Shown one piece after another: positions 54,500-64,000 of a DNA stretch of 64,000 bases. The DNA lies in NCBI GenBank assembly GCA_002633005.1, contig NMRA01000011.1, forward strand, positions 1,376,555 through 1,440,554, given 5' to 3'. The notes beneath the pieces were generated by a model. That model was not told the DNA's origin. It was given only the letters and a program-made list of their open reading frames with translations, and did not search any database. This stretch comes from Phoronis australis (lineage: Eukaryota; Animalia; Phoronida). How positions within the stretch are numbered: position 1 is the stretch's first letter; each line of letters opens with the position of its first letter. The translations under genes and the position numbers were made by a program.

Positions 54500-55191
54500 C
54501 ACAAAACGTACCGAGAGTGGCGTAGATGAAGTCGTACATTATTTCGCGTATCGTCCAAGACCGAAGAAATAATGTCGACTAGAGTGTTTATTCATCTACG
54601 TCAATCGATGTACCTTTTGCATTTATCCCAAACGCTTCGCACTTTTAGGTTTCTTTAATTTTTTTCTGCAGATTTTTTAAATACTCAACCCAGACTGTTA
54701 ACGTGGCAGGTCACATACCGGTACTATATTAATGTACTTGTGCGTTATTTACAAGTTTTCTCTAGTAAAATAAACAGTTTGAAATGCGGTAATTCTGAAC
54801 TGAATTTGTAACATTTCTCGAAAATAATCAAATCACAACTATATTTAACATTGTAGTTGCCACGGAATCGGCGGCTGAGTTGCAGACGATACAATATTTA
54901 GCCAATAAAACTAAGATAGAAGGGTCATAAAACTAACAGTTTTGTACAAGATGCTATGTTTGGGACATCATTGCATGTAGAGTGTTGTGTATACTGCTGC
55001 AGTTTTACTACTTTAAACTATTTTGGGAAAGTTTGATTATCGAACCCGCTAACGACGTTGAGTCGAAATTGACTTGCCTTTTGAACTTTCAATGTCAGAG
55101 GTCACTGTTAAAGTAGTCTCGGGAGTGTAATAGGGAAAACAATATAGCAGAGCCGTATTGCACTCGACTGATTCAACGCGTATGGGATAAA
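54500..55191. mobile_element. Second Crypton-like palindromic element, just 3' of EPDR gene A
   Basis: Imperfect palindrome at 54502-54619, then tttatcccaaacgc ... gcgtatgggataaa inverted pair. Confidence 0.55.
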
Positions 55192-55382
55192 CAATTGATC
55201 TATTTAAACTAAATTAGCACTTTACCAAAAGAATTCAAAATGTGCCGGAAACATAAGGGACTCTCTATGTAGATTTAAAGTAAGTTTTCCAGACTATCAG
55301 TTCAAAGAACGGTGCCGTTTGGAATGCCTGCTACATGGGGTACCGTCCAGTCTACGTTGGTATGCAAAAGAACGTCTTACAT

Positions 55383-55483
55383 CTATTTGCATTCAGACGG
55401 TATTTCCAACACACTAGGATCCGGAATACTGGAGGTGGCGTTCACCAAATTAAAGGTACTCGTTTCATAAGTGGTTTTACCGT
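55383..55483 (-). CDS. EPDR gene A exon 5 (terminal)
   Basis: ctttcag| acceptor, encodes NATSSIPDPSVLEIPSECK then TAG. Confidence 0.9.
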
Positions 55484-57544
55484 CTGAAAGTAACAATGAG
55501 TGTATGTCAACATTTTGGACAATGTTACAATGACATTTTCAGGTAGCGCAAAACGATTTAAGTACGACAAAAGATGTCAAAAAGAAACATCTGACGACAA
55601 CGTACTTGTGACGACAGTCTAACAATGGATGGCTTATGAAGAAGTAGATAGATGAAAGTTCGCCTTCAACAAATGTTTGTCTTTGATACAACCATTGAAC
55701 ATTCGTGATGGCGTCAATTCTATAACATCGAGTATAAGTAGGCATACACACTAACTGATGAGATATTGAAATTTGAATTGCTCATACATGTACGTACAGC
55801 CTCCAATAGACTTGAATAAAAATTATCCAAACATACCCTTCGTAAAATATCCCGTATTTACTGAGGTGACAGGTATGCAAGTTTCCGCGTCCAGTGCAAT
55901 GTAGACGGTTGTAGTGCCGTTGTATTTAGGTGTAGGTTTGACAGTGGCCATGAAGCTCTCAATCATCAGCTTACCGGAACCATATGAGAATGTACCCAAG
56001 TAATGACCATCTGCGAAGTAAGAAAAGTGTATGCATTCTGCTGCTCAGAGTAAAAATTCACATTGCATGTACATCACAGGATACTAAACCCAATCTTCGT
56101 TTTATCACTTGCACAGGCGCATTAGTATCCCACTTGAGTGTTAAAAGCAGGATTCAACTAAAAACTCATACTCTCTGTGTCACATCTAGTGCATTAAGGT
56201 TCTTAGTGCGTGGTCGTTCCTACAGTTGTGTAACTCGTTCAAAACTCAGGTAACGCTTGCCGGTTTAGCAGTTTATAAACATTTTCAAAGTTTGCCCCAT
56301 ACTCTTAAGGGTTGTCGAGGAATACAGAGCACTATATTGTTTCAGAGAACCAAACGGGGAAGACGTTTTAAACATTTGTTAATAAGCTAAAATCGATTTT
56401 GGTATCTTTCTAGCAAAATTGTCACACATCCCGTTTTCATTTTGTCTTCCCATGCAAGGTTAACTTTGGGGAAGCATTCTTCTCTTTTACAGCAAATACA
56501 GAAAATAATCAACTTATGCAGACACCAGCACATCATAAAACTTGCTTATCGAATAAACATTACTTTTAAAGTGAATGTTTTGCCTTTTATGGCCTCTCCA
56601 TGTCAAGCTGGCCATTATCAAGACGAACAAATATGCACAAAATTGACAGTTTTTAACCCAAACCGAACAATTAGCATGACACTATTATGTTCCACCAGAC
56701 AATGTTATCAAAATGTCTATTAATCCGGACTAATTTTTTTTGCAATTCTGAGAAAACTGATCGATAACCCTGCAAATTTCCGTCCAAAAATTGCATTGTC
56801 GTCAAGGAGTGGTAGAGTGTTTTTAAAAGTTTCAGGAATTTAACCCATTACTGCAAAAAAACACGTCAAAGGGGTAACGAAATGCATTTTTCAAAAGAGA
56901 TACGAAATCAAGTAAACGCCATTCGAAGCTGCCACAAGCATAGCAAATTTCAAAACCGCCAGACAAGTTAGCACTCAGTTTCCACTAAAACTTAAAGATT
57001 GAACACTTCCTGTCCTCGTAATGCGTCCGCGTGAAATTATGAAATGTGTCAATCAATCAAAGCTGCACATCTTCCCATATTTCTTATTACACGAATCTAC
57101 TGTAAAGGGAAAATAGATGAAATGGGGCTGAAAGGGTAACTTGCTTTGACATTAACGACAACTCAAAAAGAGGGAAAGAGGTATGAGATGAAGAGTAGAC
57201 GGGAGGAAAACAGTTTATGGAGGAATGATAGAGAGTTTAAATTAGAAAGTGGAAGAAAGATAAGAGGTGAAGAGAAGATGGAGGGGGGCATGCATGGAGG
57301 GATGGAGGAATGAGGGTAAGTTATGAGAGAGGGAGGAGGGTGCGAGGTGCAGAGAACTTGGGGGGCCTCTATAGAGGGATGGAGGAATTAGGGTTAGATA
57401 TGAGAAAGGGAGGGGGGTGCGAGGCGCAAAGAACATGGAGGGAACGTATAGAGGGATGGGGGAACGAGGGTTAGAAATGAGAGTGAAAGGGATGCGAGGT
57501 GCAGAGAATATGGGGGGCATGTAGAGAGGGATGAGGAATGAGTG

Positions 57545-57576
<32 letters not shown>

Positions 57577-58053
57577 GAATGAGAAATTAGATGTGAGAGT
57601 GGGAGATATGGGAAGCTAGGGGAGCGTGGAGAGATAGAAAGAATGAAGGAAGGAATGAATGGGAGAGATAAAAATCGGCATTTTACCTTTCACATCCATG
57701 TATGCAGGAATAGGATATTTGCCGCACTTTCCGTTGGTTACAACGTAGGACACTTGCTGACAGCAGCGAAAATAAAAGAAAAATCAGTTTTAATACACAC
57801 TGACAATAAAATATTTCGTTCTTGCTTTCCATGCCAAAATGGTTATTTGATAACCATGATTACTTTTACGCTGTTATATTCACAAAATTCCCTAAAATAT
57901 CATTAATAACTCTCTGCTATAATCTCTCCTATGGTTACAAAAACAATCATATATTAGGTAGGCCACTTACGGCTATGGAACTTATCAGAAGTTGCTAACA
58001 TATTTAAATTAGAAGTGATCTGTTGGTTTGGTATGTATATGTATATGTATGTG

Positions 58054-58086
<33 letters not shown>

Positions 58087-59487
58087 TTCATTGAAAAGTA
58101 AGCTGTTCATGGCTTTAATTAGTTTGTACAACAAACTTTCATATATTGTTGACAATACCATCGTTAGGTATTTCGAACGTGACTTCTTTCGTTTGAAAAT
58201 ATTCGAAGCTTTAATAATAAAAACTGAAACTCTTGATGTAAATTCCCAAGACATTGGGTTCCATCGTACCTTGTCGTTATATAAATAATGTCCATAAGTT
58301 GTAACACCCATGTATTTTATTAAGTTTTACAACGTTTCATAGTACATTAGTTTCCATGACAGTTCCTTCTGTCATTACGCTCTTATGTATGCAACCTCAT
58401 ATTCGTGTTCAATGTCATTGTTATTGTTTCATGTATCTTACACGATAGCGTTTATGATTTTTAAATTTATTTGCCTTTGATGACTGATGATAATAGTCGA
58501 AGTACCGCCACTGTTTTATTATGAAATGTTTTGTACAGAGTTTTATTATATATTTACTCATATATATGTGTTCGTGATGCCACTTACACTGGGCGATCTA
58601 TTATATCAACTACCATCCGATGAAAGACGCTTGTGTAGACACTATTAAAGTACTGAAACCATGGTTTCATCCACTGATGCACGTGCATCCACAAGACCGC
58701 GTGGTTTCTCGGCACTTTTCACACAAGGTAATTTTATGCGTCTAGTATGTTCTCAAGCGATAATGAACTCCATTTTCAAGTTCCCAAGACCTGAAATCAT
58801 TTCTCATCTGCATCACAAACAAGTTGATTCTAATTGAATAGAAACAAGTGCAGTAAAACGAGTTTGTTTCTTTAGAGTATCCTTGGATGCTAACCACTTT
58901 AATTACCTCTTTGTAATCTGCAACGTATTTCTGAGAAACTGTGTATTGTCCTACGGTAATTTGCTGAGATCCGCCTGCTCGCATTTTGTCGACATCAGTA
59001 GACATTGTACCAGTTATCTTAAAAAAAAAAAAACAACATACCTGAACTGATTTATGAGCATTTTTATGTTAAGACTTCATGCACTTGCATTTACAGGACG
59101 GACGAGAAACAATGAGAGGACGTAAGATGGGCGTAGATTGGCACTGAGAGTAAGACCAAAACGGACATCAATGACGTTCTCTTACGAAAGACTTAAGCAA
59201 CAATTGGGCAACACAAGTTAATTAAATAAGTATTGTTTGAAGAAGCCCAGGAAACAAAAAGCACTGTTACAAACTTTCCTGGAACTAGGTTATTACGACT
59301 TAATTGCAAGTGTGTTGAAATGCTGGGAATATGGGACTACCGGGAATGACGTAGGTTTGCCTCCAGTTGAAACTTGTCCCAAAATTATCGAGAACAGACC
59401 GGAGTACTGTTTGGCAGGCTCAGGACAGTGTTGCGTCTTAACCGACACAACGACAAGGGCCATCAGAACTACAGCTGTCTTCATCAT
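55383..59487 (-). CDS. EPDR: Ependymin-related protein, intact 5-exon gene, join(59487-59341, 59017-58907, 57756-57687, 56010-55837, 55483-55383), 200 aa
   Basis: All four introns are GT-AG with compatible phases (0,0,1,1) and there is no internal stop. Protein: MMKTAVVLMALVVVSVKTQHCPEPAKQYSGLFSIILGQVSTGGKPTSFPITGTMSTDVDKMRAGGSQQITVGQYTVSQKYVADYKEQVSYVVTNGKCGKYPIPAYMDVKDGHYLGTFSYGSGKLMIESFMATVKPTPKYNGTTTVYIALDAETCIPVTSVNTGYFTKDGKTTYETSTFNLVNATSSIPDPSVLEIPSECK. It has a signal peptide, CxxPxxQYSG, TCIPV and a C-terminal N.T..I.DPSV..IP..C, giving the four core ependymin cysteines. Confidence 0.88.
55837..56010 (-). CDS. EPDR gene A exon 4
   Basis: ttttcttacttcgcag| acceptor, AAG G|gtatgt donor, 174 nt, YLG and TCIPV motifs. 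Confidence 0.9.
57240..57665 (+). repeat. Purine-rich degenerate ~70-bp minisatellite plus (TA)n in intron 3 of gene A
   Basis: Repeating gagggatggaggaatgagggttagatatgaga...gtgcgaggtgcagagaac. Confidence 0.8.
57687..57756 (-). CDS. EPDR gene A exon 3
   Basis: tcag|CAA...AAA G|gtaaaa, 70 nt, QVSYVVTNGKCGKYP. Confidence 0.85.
58090..58565 (+). mobile_element. Penelope-like retroelement 3' fragment (GIY-YIG C-terminus and UTR) in intron 2 of gene A
   Basis: ERDFFRLKIFEALIIKTETLDVNSQD resembles the E....L.I.E.L.IK....LN.Q end of Penelope endonucleases; flanked by (TA)/(TG) runs. Confidence 0.65.
58907..59017 (-). CDS. EPDR gene A exon 2
   Basis: Acceptor poly-T...aag|, donor GAG|gtaatt, 111 nt, ITGT...VADYKE. 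Confidence 0.88.
59341..59487 (-). CDS. EPDR gene A exon 1 (signal peptide and first Cys)
   Basis: ATG ATG start, hydrophobic leader, donor CCG|gtagtc, 147 nt, phase 0. Confidence 0.85.
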
Positions 59488-62400
59488 CTGAAAATAAAGT
59501 ACAAACATCGACACGTTGAAAAAGCGACATCTATCGTCAAAATTCACGCTGTAATCGTTGTACCAGTATATAAAAGTGCATGTGTACTGCAAAATCGTTT
59601 CTTTTTATGACTCTATTTCAAAATCATGTAGCAAATATAACAACAAAACTACTGTTTTAAATAAACACCAGCGATTGATACATTTCATAACGACGGTGAA
59701 GGCCTTAAAATTAGAGTATTTTGTGGCATCAAAATCCCGTTTAGACCCACAAAAACAACAACTGCACCAACACCGGTTGTCACTACTTTTGTCACCCATT
59801 TTGACCCTGAGGTCGAAGCTTGTTTTATCTCCGCCTGCACCCCCTGTAGACACCAGTTTTAGCTAGTAACCACCTTCTTCCCCTCTTTATTTGTTTTAGT
59901 GGGAGGTACTTTACCCCAATACTATGATCCACGAGCTGTAGTATTGAGCACCCCCCGGCATTACCCCACTTCCCACGCATATACGCCTATGTGAGGAGCA
60001 ATGCGGTTTTCCACAAGGCTGCAGTATTTTCTCTCAAATGTCTCGCATTTGAACGCATGCACTCAGCTTCCGCAAGCGGGCGCACACGATGTTCCGACTA
60101 TAGGCGCACCTTGATCTAAAAAATGCTCTAACGAACCATTGGATTTTACACAACGTGTGGCAGGATTGACATTCTATACTCTGGATGGAATTGTTAAAAT
60201 AATGGTTAATTATTGAAATATACAGTTTCAAAACTCATACTTTATTTTTAAGAAAGCTTTAACTGTTGAAAAACTTGGTTCCTCTTCAAATGCTTCGCAT
60301 GTAGTAAAAGTGAAACAGGCAGCTATTGAGAGTTAAAAAAGTTAATGTCCAAAATCCATTGACAGTTTTTCCAGTTGCATGTTGTTGGACTTTGACCTCA
60401 AAAATACCTGTTGCAGCAGTGAGAGCGTAACTGCAGCGAAAATGAATCAAGCAGCGCTTATCGTTAATTGACGTTAGGTATTGGCAATGTGTGAAAAAAC
60501 CCTATTCGTTCTCAGCCATTAAAACAAAATTGTTGGAATCGCACCCTGTCGAATCATCTACGACAAAATGGTTGCTACATGGTAGTCTCTATGGACTCCA
60601 TCCAAAACACTAAAAAGTCACTATCTCAAGTAAAATTGCCTTGATATTTTTCATGTGATAAGCTGAACGAAAGTCATGATCATTATCTGTCACAAGTTGT
60701 ATCGTTCTCCCACATGACTGTTGCTCAGAATGTCTGCAGATGGGTCAGTGTATGAAAGGATCAGAGCATTTTTTGTTTAAAACGAAAATGAAAAATTAGA
60801 AAATCAAACCAGTTTTTTGTTTTTGTAACTTTTCTAATTTCATTTCCTTAGAAAATTCAAAAATTGAAAATTAGGAATTCAACCAATTATTGACTCGAAT
60901 GTTAGTTCCATTTTTCGTTTTTCCACATCACTTGCAATGTATAGAGTTCAGAATATCAGAAATACGTTTGGATTCAAGGCTTTTTTGCGATTTCCGAAAG
61001 GTAAATTAGGGAGGAAAAGCAACACGCTCATTTTTTTCGTATGTCAATCAAAGTAAAATGTCTTTGATTGCCTTTGATACACATCGTACCCCGAGGTTGT
61101 TTGATAGTTCAATTGACCCTTAATCCACTCCAAAACCTTGCCTCAAGATGGTTGAGATTCCATAATGAGTTTTCATTGTTCCACATAATCGTTTCTCATT
61201 TGCTTGTTACTCAAAGCAATGAAGTGACAGTATTGGCCTGACCGTCAACTAAACACTGTGTGGAAATTGAATATCGAGAAACGGGGTCGATGTCGATTTT
61301 TCGAAAACTCTGCTTCAGAAGGGGATAGGAAAATAAAATCGACTTCTAATTTTCAATTTTCGAGTTTTCGGCGAAATTAGAAACAAAAAATAAAATGTCA
61401 ACATTTGGCTCGACATTCTAATTTCCAAATATTTAGATGAATTGAAAAACGTATATTTAAACCATCACAAACTGATTCGATTTTCGTATTACAAACTTAA
61501 AACCCAGTCTTTTCGAGCATGAACGAGCAATATTTTCAAGAAAGAGTTCATGTGATTCCAGAAAACATTGAAGCATTTCAACCCTGCACATTTCTGAAGC
61601 TTACTTTTTAAAGTATATAAAACTTGTATACGCCATTGAACTGTGTTGACCCATTTGCTGGCGCACCAACTGAAATTAATGTTAAGTTGTATCTATCAAT
61701 TTGAGGACGATTTCAGGGCTTCAAAGACGTGACAGTTCGTTATTTCTTGAGATCAGGTTCTTTAAGTTGACACGTCAAGCGCTGAACATGCTCTCAACAA
61801 ATGTCAAACAGACAGCTCTTAGCAAACATAGAAATCACGTCTAAACTGAGTAAATCAGAAACCAAGCTTCAAGTGATAAATGAACTATATCAAAAGTTCT
61901 CTTCTTCGACGGAACGTGGCTGTATAGCCGCTTTAAATAATCCTACAAATACACGAACTTTACCGACCACATCACTCGTGACGAACTCTGGCGTACGTGA
62001 AGAGCCAAACACCAACCTATCAGCTTGATGTTTTTGAGTCCTATTTTCCGGCACAGTGACTTTACCGGGAAGTAGGGCGCACCCTAGTATGTTTCGGTCT
62101 GACCATTGAATTGAACATTGCTGTGAGTCGTTGAAAGACTCTAAATCGCTTTCCAATATTGGACATGCTTCTTGGCAAACGGGTTGCATCTTCGCTCTCA
62201 TGCTCTCGGGATACCCGCCGACGGCAAGCTGATTTTTCCCAAAACTGGAGGATTTGGACACTTTGAAAATTGTTATTCCAACTTAATTGGGACAAGTTGT
62301 GTCGTTAGTGCTTTGTGAACATAATACAAAATATTATTGTTTTGAGCCTTACCTTGATATAGTATCGTCCTGTTCCTTGCTCAGTTTGCAACTAACGAAT

Positions 62401-62542
62401 AAACGTCGCTAAACCACTGTTTTATAGCGTAAATGTCACATGTCGGTGTACGTTGTAATCAGATTTGAGGATTGCGAAACTCCACTGACTCTTATTGCCA
62501 AATCCTGATAACAGACACAGACAGACGAATATGCCTATTACT

Positions 62543-62617
62543 CATGGCGGCGCAGCATAGCGGCTGGGGGGGGGGGAGCTATAGCACCCCACTTATTTCA
62601 GTGCTGCGCCGCCCATG
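62543..62617. mobile_element. 75-bp micro-MITE
   Basis: catggcggcgcagca / tgctgcgccgcccatg inverted ends around poly-G. Confidence 0.55.
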
Positions 62618-62846
62618 GTCTATGGATGGCGCTCTATATGGAACTCTGGGGCTATAGGTCCGCAGGTAATTCAGTGACGCGACACCCACCCATAACCTGA
62701 ATAATAAACATAGAGGCTGGACACTTAAAACTTTGCCGAGCCTAGGCTTCCAACTTCAACAGTCCCAAATCCAAATAAAATCTGCAAACTGGTATACATA
62801 AACCTCCGAAGCCTCATCTTCCCCTAATCCCATTAAATTGTCCTTG

Positions 62847-63293
62847 CAGGGCCGTAGGAAGTGGGGGTGGGGGGGGGGGGCTCGGGGGGGGCACTGGCCC
62901 CCCAAAAATGTTCAGGCGTCAGGGTTAAACCGTGGCAACCAACATACGCGTGGGGCGGGGACAGTCGAGAAGAAAAGACTGCTAAATGCAGATAGGAGAC
63001 AAAACTCAAGGGAACATTTAAAAACTGTATCACTGCATGGTTTACCTTTTGAGGACCCTGGCCAGGACATTGTTATTACGGTCTTCGGTTCCGCAGCACA
63101 GGTTGTCTAAACGCACTTGAAAACGTGCACGCAATGATTCATGCACATATTTCGAAAAATCGAAAAAAAAACTGTAAAACGAAGCCGCTTTGCGGAGCGT
63201 ATTAATTTACTGGATTTTTATATTCAATTAGTCAATTTTGCGAAGTCAAATTGGATTGTGCCCCCCAATAATGTTTTCCTTCCTACGGGCCTG
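62847..63293. mobile_element. 447-bp MITE with 5-bp TSD (CCTTG)
   Basis: ccttg|cagggccgtaggaag ... cttcctacgggcctg|ccttg. Confidence 0.9.
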
Positions 63294-64000
63294 CCTTGTG
63301 ACTGGTGAATTGGCGACGGCATTTCCAAAACAGCCAGAAAACTCTGAATTCAAGGAGGCTAGATAGTTTACATAGCGGCTTTCAGCTGTGCTTTTACTTG
63401 TACTGTACGCCTGGCGAAGATAAAATTTCGAGTTTGAGCAAACAACGCCTATGTCTTAGTCAAGAAATTTGTCTGCAATTTAAAATTAGCCTACCATTTA
63501 TACATAATTTGTCTCTTCTTGTAGCGCATTATTTTTATCACTTAACCTAGAATTTAATGGCAAGAACTGGCATATCTTGTGCTCGATCTTGACATTATGT
63601 GCTACTGTTGGTTGAAGCACAACGAACACTTGGCTTTGGACGGAGGTTTATTCCGATGTTTGACCGCAGGTTCAGTCACGGGAAATCACCTATTGACGAC
63701 TGCCCGCGGATTTCGCAGTAGGCCTACAGTAAGTTTCACTGGTAGCCAGGAATCCGTGGTAGCAATTTGATGTGATTAAATAAGAGAAAGTGTTCAAATA
63801 TATATTCGATGATGATTTCGTAGAGTTCCATGCACATTTGAGTAGAAAATTATGAGCAAAACCGATGTTTACTGTCCTACCTTTGTGTTTTGTTGGTAGT
63901 GAGTAACGCCAGTGGTTATCGAGGAACACTGATATACATCCGGGTGCCTGTGATAACACACTTAAAATTACGAGTAATGTTGTACTAACTCGTGCTGCTG

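Noticed and set aside
55753-55790. ctgatgagatattgaaa hammerhead-like core
   Set aside because: Stems I and III cannot be formed
59567-59576. TATATAAAAG box upstream of gene A
   Set aside because: The canonical orientation is on the + strand, opposite to the gene
61801-62295. Overlapping ORFs up to 123 aa
   Set aside because: No motif or splice support that I can recognise

Overview
Draft-assembly eukaryotic DNA, AT-rich, with spliceosomal introns and three N-gaps. It looks like a marine invertebrate, possibly lophotrochozoan, but that is an inference. Nearly all ORF-track entries are noise. Reading splice sites by hand shows a minus-strand tandem cluster of ependymin-related (EPDR) secreted-protein genes. 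The first is an intact 5-exon, 200-aa gene (55383-59487). The second is a very divergent 5-exon paralogue with one in-frame TGA (23759-26291). The third is a more decayed copy (about 5900/7147-9928). The space between them is a nest of transposons: Academ relics, an RNase H-bearing LINE, an internally deleted L2/Daphne-type LINE, a hAT transposase relic, MITEs with 5-bp target-site duplications (TSDs), Crypton-like palindromic elements, a Harbinger-like MITE, a Penelope-like 3' end and a ~140-bp satellite. I found no CRISPR array, rRNA or intact tRNA.
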